Below, piece by piece: positions 38,308-47,305 of a DNA stretch of 64,000 nucleotides. The stretch's first letter is position 1. Each line of letters starts with the position of its first letter. Source of the stretch: an uncultured Bacilli bacterium (GTDB lineage: Bacteria; Bacillota_I; Bacilli_A; RF39; UBA660); contig CAKPMY010000002.1 in assembly GCA_934168245.1 (NCBI GenBank), positions 78,237 to 142,236 of the forward strand, in the 5' to 3' direction. Under the pieces are notes generated by a model. It saw nothing but the letters and a program-made list of their open reading frames with translations. It was not told where the DNA came from and did no database searches. A program made the position numbers and the translations under genes.

Positions 38308-39891
38308 TTATTTTTTTTCAATATACTCTTCGTATGGAACACATCTATCTATAATAGTTCCATCATCTAATATCTCAATTATTCTATTCGCAACTGTACT
38401 ATTAAGTTCATAGTCTCTAGAAGTAAATAGAACTTCTCCTTGGAAATTAATTAGTCCTTTATTTAATGATGTAATACTTTCCAAATCCAAATGGTTAGTA
38501 GGTTCATCTAATATTAAGAAATTAGGTCCTTCTAACATCATCTTAGATAACATACATCTCATCCTTTCTCCACCAGATAATACATTTACTTTCTTAAATA
38601 CATCATCTCCAGAAAATAACATTCTACCTAAGAAACCTCTAAGTACTGTTTCATCCTTAATATCATAATATTGTCCAATCCACTCAATAATATTCTTATC
38701 AACATCAAAATACTCTGTATTATCTTGTGGTAAATAGCCAGGTACAATAGTCTTACCCCATTCAATACTACCCTTATCATATTTACCCTTACCAGATAAA
38801 ATATTAAACAACGTCGTCTTAACCATATCGTTATTAGCAAGTATCGCAATCTTATCACCTTTAAGTACTGTAAATGATACCTTATCTAAAATTTTCTTAC
38901 CATCAACTACTTTAGTTAGGTTTTCTACTTTTAATATTTCCTTACCAGCAGGCTTTTCTATCTTAAAATCAATATAAGGATATTTTCTAGAAGAAGGAAC
39001 TATCTCATCTAATTGAATCTTATCAAGCATTTTTTTTCTAGAAGTTGCTTGTTTTGACTTTGAAGCATTAGCCGAGAATCTCGCAATAAAGGCTTGTAAT
39101 TCTTTAATTTTCTCTTCTTTTTTCTTATTAGAATCTCTCATCTGTTTCTGTAGCAATTCACTAGATTCATACCAGAAATCATAGTTACCAACATAAAGTT
39201 TAATCTTACCATAATCAATATCCGCAATATGTGTACATACTTTGTTTAAGAAATGTCTATCATGTGAAACAATAATAACTGTATTATTAAAATTAATTAA
39301 AAACTCTTCTAACCATTTAATAGCCTCAATATCCAAACTGTTAGTAGGCTCATCTAAAAGTAATATATCTGGATTTCCAAATAATGCTTGAGCAAGTAAA
39401 ACCTTAACTCTAAGTTTTACTGGTAACTCGCCCATTAAAACATAATGATACTCTTCCTTAACACCTAAATTATTTAAAAGTGTACTAGCATCAGACTCTG
39501 CATTCCAGCCATCTAAGTCCATAAATTCAGCCTCTAAATTGGCTAACTTCATACCATCTTCTTCACTAAACTCAGTCTGCTCATACATCTTATTCTTCTC
39601 TTCCATTATTTCATATAGTTTACTATTTCCCATAATAACTACATCAATAACTCTCTTATCATCAAACTCATAATGATCTTGCTTCAAAATAGAAAGTCTT
39701 TCATTTTTAGAAATAACAACTTCTCCAGTCGTTGTTTCAATCTCACCTGATAATATTTTTAAAAATGTTGATTTACCAGAACCATTTGCCCCAATCAAAC
39801 CATAACAATTACCATTAGTAAATTTTATATTAACATCTTCAAATAAGACTCTCTTTCCAAATTTTAAACTAACATTATTTACTTGTATCAT
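38308..39891 (-). CDS. ABC-F family ATPase (tandem ABC domains, no TM domain; translation-factor/ribosome-associated type)
   Basis: Two Walker A motifs (GANGSGKST, GRNG-like in the second domain) and two ABC signatures (LSGG). 527 aa with inter-domain linker. Confidence 0.75.
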   Translation of the reverse strand: MIQVNNVSLKFGKRVLFEDVNIKFTNGNCYGLIGANGSGKSTFLKILSGEIETTTGEVVISKNERLSILKQDHYEFDDKRVIDVVIMGNSKLYEIMEEKNKMYEQTEFSEEDGMKLANLEAEFMDLDGWNAESDASTLLNNLGVKEEYHYVLMGELPVKLRVKVLLAQALFGNPDILLLDEPTNSLDIEAIKWLEEFLINFNNTVIIVSHDRHFLNKVCTHIADIDYGKIKLYVGNYDFWYESSELLQKQMRDSNKKKEEKIKELQAFIARFSANASKSKQATSRKKMLDKIQLDEIVPSSRKYPYIDFKIEKPAGKEILKVENLTKVVDGKKILDKVSFTVLKGDKIAILANNDMVKTTLFNILSGKGKYDKGSIEWGKTIVPGYLPQDNTEYFDVDKNIIEWIGQYYDIKDETVLRGFLGRMLFSGDDVFKKVNVLSGGERMRCMLSKMMLEGPNFLILDEPTNHLDLESITSLNKGLINFQGEVLFTSRDYELNSTVANRIIEILDDGTIIDRCVPYEEYIEKK

Positions 39892-39948
39892 TCTTCTTCA
39901 CCACCGCTCCTTAATTCTACTATAAATAAAAAAATAAGGCAAGTATAA

Positions 39949-40554
39949 CTACTTAACCTTATAAAATATTGAAATCACTTTAGCAAACTCATAAAGTATA
40001 ATATTACTTTTATTTATCGCAAAACCTTTACCTAAAGCCTTACCACCTATCGTAAGTGCCGCCACTATTGCTGCTATAGATAATCCCGTAAACAAGATAC
40101 TGAAATTAAACTTTTCCGCAACAACTGCCGCTATTGTCGTAGCCGCTGTACCAGAAATAATTCCACATACATCCCCGACTACATCACAACAAAAGTTAGA
40201 TACCTTAGAAGCATTTTTCTTAAACTTAACTGCCACATCTGCACCTTTAACTTTTCTAGAATTCATTGAATGAAAAACTTTTTCATCACTACTAGTAACC
40301 GCTACACCTACTATATCAAATAAAATACCAATGCCCACAAAGAGTAACGTTACAAGTATTCCACCAACTATTGATAATTTAGGTAAAGTAACCTGTGATA
40401 CATAAGAAAGTCCAAAGGATAATGTAAAGGCAATTATAATAATCTTAACAATCCATCTCATATCGGCTTTCTTTTTATTAATTCTTTCTTTTCTCTTAGT
40501 TTCAATAACTAATCCTTGAAATTCATCTTTTTCTAATTTCTTCTTACTATTCAT
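39949..40554 (-). CDS. Small four-TM membrane protein with DxxxD motif. Candidate OapA (OLE-associated protein A)
   Basis: 201 aa. Basic N-terminus, then four hydrophobic helices. CCDVVGDVCG contains DVVGD. RBS AGGAAAGGGT. It lies immediately downstream of the 600-nt ncRNA and is co-oriented with it. Confidence 0.5.
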   Translation of the reverse strand: MNSKKKLEKDEFQGLVIETKRKERINKKKADMRWIVKIIIIAFTLSFGLSYVSQVTLPKLSIVGGILVTLLFVGIGILFDIVGVAVTSSDEKVFHSMNSRKVKGADVAVKFKKNASKVSNFCCDVVGDVCGIISGTAATTIAAVVAEKFNFSILFTGLSIAAIVAALTIGGKALGKGFAINKSNIILYEFAKVISIFYKVK

Positions 40555-40599
40555 ATACCCTTTCCTATAGAAAAAATAGTATAAAATACTATTTTCAAT

Positions 40600-41196
40600 T
40601 AAAAAAAACTAATGGCTCTAAACATAGTAAACTTTGAATCTTAGGTCAAGTAGGATTTCCCTTATCTCTACGTATCCGTTACCAGATACATGGTTCCCCT
40701 TTAAAGAGATAAGTATGATGTTACCATTCATACGACTTGATTACCACTTAGTATCCACTGCAATCCTATGTAAAGCGCACTCTAGGAGATTTCCTCACCA
40801 ACACTTTATTATTTATTCTTTTTTGCAAGAGCAATTTCATAAAGCAATATTTATTAAAGTTGGCCTGTTCTAATAAACAAGTTCTTTAATCCCAATACTC
40901 TCACTCAAGACAAGCTACACTGTACATAACTTTCGCCACAATACAGGTTCCTAGCCTACCTCGTAACAAGTCCATCAGTATAAAACGTATAGGCTTATCA
41001 CAAATAATAGGTCTCCACGGATAATGGGTCGTTTGTCGTATGCCATTACGAGCGCCCATTCTCCTCATCTTCAGCATCCACCCTACACTGGGCGTATAAA
41101 GCAAACACCAAAGGTTTCACAGATATGCTCGATAACGGTTGTTTAATCCCGTCTTCCTAATAAAGTAACTGACTAGAATAATGTGCCATCAATTAC
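40600..41196 (-). ncRNA. Large structured ncRNA candidate (about 600 nt), consistent with OLE RNA
   Basis: ORF-free. GC is locally raised. The minus-strand transcript is purine-rich. A near-consensus promoter lies just upstream. Length and the downstream oapA-like gene fit the OLE locus. I found no tRNA-like end (so not tmRNA), no GAGGAAAGTCC (so not RNase P) and no group II domain V. Confidence 0.5.
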
Positions 41197-41202
41197 ATCC
41201 CT

Positions 41203-41231
41203 AGTATATCATATGTCTTAGGAACTGTCAA
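41203..41231 (-). promoter_or_regulatory. Sigma-A promoter (TTGACA-17-TATACT) driving the ncRNA
   Basis: The minus strand reads TTGACA gttcctaagacatatga TATACT. A second overlapping TTGACA (GTCAACTTGACAG) is present. Confidence 0.6.
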
Positions 41232-41429
41232 GTTGACACACTTTTTCAAAAAAACTCAAAAACTACCACTATACTAAAATAAACAAGCAATAAATGATAC
41301 ATAGAAACAAACTTAATAGATTGATCTATAAAATTATAAAAGTAAAATCTAAATCGCCTCATATAATCCCAATCAAAAAGAAGAGTCGTCTCAAAATAAC
41401 TCTTCCTTCTAAATCATACTTCTTATCTC

Positions 41430-42116
41430 TTAACTATTTCTAATCTTATTAACAAAATAATTAATTTTACCAGCCCAAGTATTACCTTCAGCATATCTAG
41501 GAGCAATCTTTTCAACTGTATCTAATCCTACACTATAATAATTCTTATATAAATTATTAATAAGACCCATAATACCATCTTCTAAAGTATCAAACTTCTT
41601 ATATTTACCCCCATTACAACCAGGACTTCCCTTCTGACCACTAACATTAAAACAACTTCTTGCTAGATTAGAACACTTAGAGCCACAGCCAGTCTCATGT
41701 AAGATAATAGCCGTCGCAACATACGGATCAACTCCCTTTTCAAGGCAATTAACCGCAATAAAATACCCTTTTCCAGCCATAATATCCGTACCTAAATTCT
41801 TATCAAGTTTAAGTGTAAGCTCTTCTATTGTAAGCCCATCAAAAACCTCAATCCTAGGTGGAATTAATACTGATGCTGGAGCAGTCTCCATATCAATAGC
41901 CGTAATAGAAGCATCATCAACTCTATACTCCTCCATATTCTTACAAAGAGCACTATCAGATGCCATAATATTATTCGTATTTATTTCATTAAATGAAAGA
42001 TAATCATTCTTTTCTAAATTAGCCTTTTCTTGTAACTTTATTCCTAAAGAAACCATTAAAACTGAAATTATAATTAAAAGACAACTAACAATCTTAGTCT
42101 TTTTCATTAAATTCAC
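41430..42116 (-). CDS. Secreted peptidoglycan hydrolase, glucosaminidase (FlgJ/LytD-like) domain
   Basis: N-terminal TM/signal. PYVATAIILHETGCGSKCSNLARSCFNVSG...FDTLEDGIMGLINNLYKNYYSVG resembles the mannosyl-glycoprotein endo-beta-N-acetylglucosaminidase domain. Confidence 0.55.
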   Translation of the reverse strand: MNLMKKTKIVSCLLIIISVLMVSLGIKLQEKANLEKNDYLSFNEINTNNIMASDSALCKNMEEYRVDDASITAIDMETAPASVLIPPRIEVFDGLTIEELTLKLDKNLGTDIMAGKGYFIAVNCLEKGVDPYVATAIILHETGCGSKCSNLARSCFNVSGQKGSPGCNGGKYKKFDTLEDGIMGLINNLYKNYYSVGLDTVEKIAPRYAEGNTWAGKINYFVNKIRNS

Positions 42117-42170
42117 CTCAACTATATAAATTAATTTTATATTATTGTTTGCAAAAAGTCAAACTTCTAT

Positions 42171-43751
42171 CTAATTCTTAATTCTAAACGTATAAGGTGC
42201 CCTCTTATAAACTAATTTTAAAGCAACTGCTATATATATCACTGTAAATACTATTCCAAATACTGAAAAATAGAAAAAAGAAGTTCTAACACTAATAAGT
42301 GAATATAAAATGAAATAAGTAATTATCGAAACAATTGTATAAGAATACTCTTTCATTTCTAAATTTTTATTATAAGGCTGTAACAAATAATAAATAACCA
42401 AGTAATGCACTGAGAAAAATACACTAAGTATAATTATAAATAAAGCAATCGTAACATAATTAATAATACTAGTACCTCCAGTTACAAAAATCACAGCCAA
42501 AGTACTTAGTGCCATAACTAAAGCCGGTACTAAATTAATCCTAATAATAGTCTCTAATCTCTTCTTAAACAAATTAAGTATTACATTACTCTCTCTATAA
42601 AAATTATATGTAAGCATTGCATGATCACAATTATAAAACATAGCCTGTGTAACTACTGCTCCTCGATTAATAAAATACATAATAAATAAAAAGCAGCCAG
42701 GTTTATTAAGCATAAAATCATGAATTCCTTTAAATGACTTCTCACTAGAAAGTGCAAAAACAATTAAAAGTATCGCCAACCCAACAATAATTACACAAAT
42801 TCTCTTAGCACTTCTCATTAATATTTCTCTATGTCGTTCAAAAAATATTGTATTAAATAAATCATACCCTTTCTTATCCTTAATCTTCTTCTCCTCAATT
42901 ACCTTATCTTTATCTTTTATTCTAACCATTTCCTGTCTAGCATAACTAGCCGCTTCACTAGAATTCATTGCTGCCTTAAGTGTATTAAGTTTTTTATAAA
43001 TAAGTTTATAATCATCTATTCTAAGTAAATATCTATAACAAAAGATACTAAAAATCCCAAACACCAAAGTACCAATATAAACAACTACATCTGGTAAAAC
43101 AATCCCAAAATAAGGAAGTGCCGAAACACCAAGTAAAACTCCAAGCACAACTAAAGTATTTCTATAATCAGCCGTAAATACATAACCCTTTTTCCTATAA
43201 AAGAAAACCGTAAAAGCCTCTCCCACTATTCTAGTCAGAAAACTAAATAGAATAAGGAAAATACATTCAAGCACTGAATAATCTAACACAAATGAAAAAA
43301 CAAAGAATCCTAACGAATTAAGTACTAAAGATAATCCCAAAGTCCAATACAAAGTCGCCTTCATAAATTTTTTAGCATCCATATTAAACAAAATAATACT
43401 TAGATACTTTTTCGGATTAACATTCAAAATATTCCCATTAATAAACATTCCAATAATAGTAAAAATAAAATAAATATGGATAAATGTCGCTGTAACATTC
43501 TTAGGACTAATAATCTCACTAATATAAAACAATACAAAAAAATATAATAATCTATACCCAATAAATCTAAGCACAGATATACCTATACTAAATACTCTAG
43601 CAAACTTCTTTAATCCTTGTCCCTTATATACATCATCATTTAATAAATCCCTAAGTATTGGTAACTTCTTAAAGAAATATATATTTGCATTAATAGCATA
43701 AGTCAAATCTATCTTTAAAGACATCTTCAAAGTATTAAGCATTTTTCTCAT
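42171..43751 (-). CDS. Large polytopic membrane protein, putative ABC exporter permease partner (526 aa)
   Basis: At least 10 hydrophobic helices. It overlaps the upstream ABC ATPase stop by 17 nt, which suggests an operon. Confidence 0.5.
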   Translation of the reverse strand: MRKMLNTLKMSLKIDLTYAINANIYFFKKLPILRDLLNDDVYKGQGLKKFARVFSIGISVLRFIGYRLLYFFVLFYISEIISPKNVTATFIHIYFIFTIIGMFINGNILNVNPKKYLSIILFNMDAKKFMKATLYWTLGLSLVLNSLGFFVFSFVLDYSVLECIFLILFSFLTRIVGEAFTVFFYRKKGYVFTADYRNTLVVLGVLLGVSALPYFGIVLPDVVVYIGTLVFGIFSIFCYRYLLRIDDYKLIYKKLNTLKAAMNSSEAASYARQEMVRIKDKDKVIEEKKIKDKKGYDLFNTIFFERHREILMRSAKRICVIIVGLAILLIVFALSSEKSFKGIHDFMLNKPGCFLFIMYFINRGAVVTQAMFYNCDHAMLTYNFYRESNVILNLFKKRLETIIRINLVPALVMALSTLAVIFVTGGTSIINYVTIALFIIILSVFFSVHYLVIYYLLQPYNKNLEMKEYSYTIVSIITYFILYSLISVRTSFFYFSVFGIVFTVIYIAVALKLVYKRAPYTFRIKN

Positions 43752-44460
43752 CCCTTAAACAACTAATAATCTTATCTTTATATTTCTTTGTATTTAGATT
43801 TTTCTTTTCCACAAGTTCTAGTTTTTTATTATTAAGTATTATAATCTCATCACATAAATCCATTGCTATTTCTAAAATATGTGTTGAAAATATAATAATA
43901 TGTTCATTCTTTAAAGACTTTAATAACTTCTTCATCTCATCTTGAACTACAACATCTAAAGATGTCAATGGCTCATCTAATAAAATTACTTTAGGATGAT
44001 TAATTATATTAATTAAAATCTGCATCTTATTCTTCATACCATGTGAATAGTCTTTCAATAACTTATCTTGGTCTTCTCTTTTTATATCAACCATTTTAAA
44101 GTAATCATCTATTGTTTTATCACTATCTATTCGTTCTTTATTAATTTCCATAAAAAAACTTAAGAATTCCCTTGCTGTTAAAAACTCCGGTACTATTGGT
44201 GTAGAAACAACATACCCTATATCATTAGTAGAAAGTCTCTCTTTACCAAATTCATTTTCTAAATAAAAACTTCCTCCATCAATAGAAATGTCATTATTTA
44301 AAGAGTTAAAAAAAGTTGTCTTTCCTACCCCATTACGTCCAATCAATCCATAAATTTTACCTGACTCAAATGTAAAGTCAATGTCTTTTAAAACTTCTTT
44401 TTCTCCAAAACTTTTAGTTAATCCCACTACTTCAAGTCGCACAAAAACCACCTCTAGCAA
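43735..44460 (-). CDS. ABC transporter ATP-binding protein
   Basis: Walker A GRNGVGKTT, signature LSHGMKNKM, Walker B ILLDEPLTSLD. The true start is possibly the GTG at 44442 after a GAGGTGG RBS. Confidence 0.75.
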   Translation of the reverse strand: MLEVVFVRLEVVGLTKSFGEKEVLKDIDFTFESGKIYGLIGRNGVGKTTFFNSLNNDISIDGGSFYLENEFGKERLSTNDIGYVVSTPIVPEFLTAREFLSFFMEINKERIDSDKTIDDYFKMVDIKREDQDKLLKDYSHGMKNKMQILINIINHPKVILLDEPLTSLDVVVQDEMKKLLKSLKNEHIIIFSTHILEIAMDLCDEIIILNNKKLELVEKKNLNTKKYKDKIISCLRDEKNA

Positions 44461-44498
44461 TTATTATATCAAGAAAAAAGAATAAATGCCATCAACAC

Positions 44499-45530
44499 TT
44501 ATTCTTTTGGTAGTTTGAAATCTTTAAATCCATTTACATAGTTCTGTTCATATTTATATGCATCTCTACACATATCTTCAATACCAAGTTCTGCCCTCCA
44601 ACCTAATTCTTCATAAGCCTTAGTAGGTTCCGCATAACAAGCATCTATATCTCCTGGTCTTCTTCCCACAATTTTTCTTGGTACTTTTACATTATTAATT
44701 CTCTCATATGCATCGGCAAGTTCTAAAACGCTATATCCATTACCAGTACCTAAATTATAATATTTAATACCTGTATTATTAACAGCCTTTTCGATAGCCT
44801 TTAAATGTCCCTTTGCCAAATCAACAACGTGAATGTAATCTCTAACACCAGTACCATCTACTGTATTATAGTCATTTCCAAAGACACTTAATATTTCAAG
44901 TTCTCCTGTCGCAACTTTCATTATATAAGGCATTAAATTATTTGGAATTCCATTAGGAGATTCTCCAATTAATCCTGAACTATGTGCTCCAATTGGATTA
45001 AAATAACGTAAAATTATTGCTGAGAAATCCTTATCAGAAACACATATATCTTTTAATATTTGTTCATTAAATAATTTTGTTGTACCATACGGATTTGTTG
45101 TAGATAAAGGAAAATCTTCACGGATTGGTAAACTCTTTGGTGAACCATAAACCGTAGCACTAGATGAAAAGACAAATGCCTTAACTCCATGCTTTTCCAT
45201 AACCTTACAAAGTTTAATAGTAGAAAGCAAATTATTCTCATAATAATTAATTGGTAAAGAAACAGATTCCCCTACAGCCTTGTATCCTGCAAAATGAATA
45301 ACTGCATCAATCTTATTTTCTGAAAAGATCTTATCAAGTATCTCCTCATCACAAACATCTTCTTGATAAAACTTAAAATCTTTACCTGTAATATATTTTA
45401 TCTTATTCTTAACAGAAATATCTGCATTATATAAATTATCAACCACAACGATATCATAGCCTGCATTTAATAGTTCAACGCAAGTATGACTACCAATATA
45501 CCCTAATCCTCCAGTAACTAATATATTCAT
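44499..45530 (-). CDS. galE: UDP-glucose 4-epimerase
   Basis: NAD-binding GGLGYIGSH, catalytic YGTTK (YxxxK). 343 aa SDR-extended fold. Confidence 0.8.
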   Translation of the reverse strand: MNILVTGGLGYIGSHTCVELLNAGYDIVVVDNLYNADISVKNKIKYITGKDFKFYQEDVCDEEILDKIFSENKIDAVIHFAGYKAVGESVSLPINYYENNLLSTIKLCKVMEKHGVKAFVFSSSATVYGSPKSLPIREDFPLSTTNPYGTTKLFNEQILKDICVSDKDFSAIILRYFNPIGAHSSGLIGESPNGIPNNLMPYIMKVATGELEILSVFGNDYNTVDGTGVRDYIHVVDLAKGHLKAIEKAVNNTGIKYYNLGTGNGYSVLELADAYERINNVKVPRKIVGRRPGDIDACYAEPTKAYEELGWRAELGIEDMCRDAYKYEQNYVNGFKDFKLPKE

Positions 45531-46048
45531 TACATACCTCCATAGAATTTATTATATTCTTCCAAAACCAGTAGCATTTCTCTACCGATATCTACACTTA
45601 TTGTACCATTTTTCAAGCAATTTTGCAAGAAGCCCTCTAGGTCATCAAAATGTATATAAAATAACCCAAATTCTGATAATCTTTCCAACTCATCATAATT
45701 AGTCTCCTCAAAATTGGGCTCTTCATCACATAACACTGTATAATAGAAAATACTATTATAAACATTTTTATCAGTATTCATATAATTTTTAGCATACGTA
45801 ACAATCTGTAAAAAAGGCCCATCTATTGTCTCTATCCTAATCCCAGTCTCTTCCTTTATTTCTCTAAGTAAAGCCTCCCGCATATCCTCATTTTTCTGAA
45901 CATGTCCTCCTGGAAATTGATATGTATTATTATTATAAGCAATTAAAATTTCATTCTTACTATTTATTATCAATCCTTTAACCCTAGTAACTTCATAATC
46001 TAAATCACTTATATCTAACTTATCATCATTAATAAATATCTGTTTCAT
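45530..46048 (-). CDS. NUDIX hydrolase
   Basis: Nudix box GGHVQKNEDMREALLREIKEETGI (GX5EX7REUXEEXGU). Confidence 0.7.
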   Translation of the reverse strand: MKQIFINDDKLDISDLDYEVTRVKGLIINSKNEILIAYNNNTYQFPGGHVQKNEDMREALLREIKEETGIRIETIDGPFLQIVTYAKNYMNTDKNVYNSIFYYTVLCDEEPNFEETNYDELERLSEFGLFYIHFDDLEGFLQNCLKNGTISVDIGREMLLVLEEYNKFYGGM

Positions 46049-46059
46049 CTAACTCTCCT

Positions 46060-47220
46060 CTAGTAAATATATCTTTCCCAATAATCAATAACTGACGAAC
46101 TAACAGTATTAAAATAAGTCTCAATCATAGTTGAAAGATAATTAGATTTCTTCCATATTGGATACTCATTAGAATCATAACAGCTATATCTAACTGTTGC
46201 TGTCATATATTCAAATGTCGAAGCCCGATCTTCATTAGCACTAGTCTGGGCATAATTATTAACAAAATACGAACCTGGAGTACCAGTCTTACTATATGAA
46301 TATGAACTATTCTCACTTCCATATGTAAAGTCCACAGGATTAAAACTATTCCATGCTGTAAACTTTCCTCCTGCACTCTCTATATAATGTTCTATATAAT
46401 GTAACATTTCATGATGAAAACTATCTGCAAATGGAAAATCCATCGCAATAGAAATAATTGCCTTCCTAGGTGAAAAGTCTGTAACACCCGTAACATTATC
46501 TGAAGTATAATTTTTAATAAGATAAACATTTAACGTCATATTCTGTTTAGAAAATTCTCTAAAAAACCCGACCGGATACATAGCAAGTGCCGAATTAAGT
46601 TGCTCTAAAGAGGATTTCATAACATTCGTATCTGTAATAGAATTAGTTCCAATATTCCCAACTACATAACCATTAGTCTCACTACCATATAAAACTTTAA
46701 TTCCATAAGTATCCTCTATTTGCTTACGATAAGTAACTAACGGATCAACTACCGGAGTAGGATCTGGTTCAGGTGTTGGAATCGGAGTTGGTGTAGGAAT
46801 TACCTCAGTTTTACTAGAATTACCATTACTAGGCTGTTGTGTATTATTACCAGTATTATTATTAGGAACATTACTAGAACCAGAATTACTACTAGAACTA
46901 TTATTACCGATATTATCATTACTACCAGTAGTACCATTACTATTATTATCAGTACTATTAGAATCACCAGTAGTAGTATTATCACCAGTAGTAACATTAT
47001 CCCCGTCATCACTATTATCTGGCTTCGCCGGAGGATTACCATCATTAGTAGTTATAATAACCTCACCAGTATCAGGATTGCTCTTCTTTATATCTTTAAT
47101 CGGATCTAGCGTATTTTCCGCCGAAAAATTCATATAAAGGCCCGTCATTATTAAAAGAATAGCCAAAAATATCATAGCCGAAGCAATTCTATTAATCGTC
47201 TTATTATTCATTCCTATCAC
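46060..47220 (-). CDS. Membrane-anchored secreted protein with G/D/N/T/S low-complexity linker, P/T-rich segment and C-terminal HExxH domain (putative zinc metallopeptidase)
   Basis: N-terminal TM IASAMIFLAILLIMTGLY. PTPTPIPTPEPDPTP linker. HHEMLHYIEH motif. Confidence 0.45.
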   Translation of the reverse strand: MIGMNNKTINRIASAMIFLAILLIMTGLYMNFSAENTLDPIKDIKKSNPDTGEVIITTNDGNPPAKPDNSDDGDNVTTGDNTTTGDSNSTDNNSNGTTGSNDNIGNNSSSSNSGSSNVPNNNTGNNTQQPSNGNSSKTEVIPTPTPIPTPEPDPTPVVDPLVTYRKQIEDTYGIKVLYGSETNGYVVGNIGTNSITDTNVMKSSLEQLNSALAMYPVGFFREFSKQNMTLNVYLIKNYTSDNVTGVTDFSPRKAIISIAMDFPFADSFHHEMLHYIEHYIESAGGKFTAWNSFNPVDFTYGSENSSYSYSKTGTPGSYFVNNYAQTSANEDRASTFEYMTATVRYSCYDSNEYPIWKKSNYLSTMIETYFNTVSSSVIDYWERYIY

Positions 47221-47305
47221 CTTATCATAAATTGATTATAACAAAGTAGAAAAAAAAAAGAAAGCCTAAGCCACTTCCTTTACAAATTAAACAAGTAAAG
47301 TAGTC

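Noticed and set aside
40634-41104. Small ORFs 40634..40873 (+) and 40901..41104 (-) inside the 600-nt ORF-free region
   Set aside because: They are short, lack an RBS and have odd composition. They overlap the promoter-driven purine-rich transcript interpreted as a structured ncRNA.
40600-41196. Alternative identities for the large ncRNA: tmRNA, RNase P RNA, a group II intron, an SRP RNA
   Set aside because: There is no tRNA-like 3' end or CCA, and no tag-peptide frame. The RNase P hallmark GAGGAAAGTCC is absent. Group II domain V (GAGCCGTATG...ACGTACGGTTC) is absent, and the 600-nt size with the adjacent oapA-like gene is a poor fit. It is too long for a 4.5S RNA or scRNA.
46800-47109. ORFs 46800..47045 (-) and 46837..47109 (+)
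   Set aside because: They are alternative-frame or antisense frames across the low-complexity (GDNTT/SSN) region of the HExxH protein gene.
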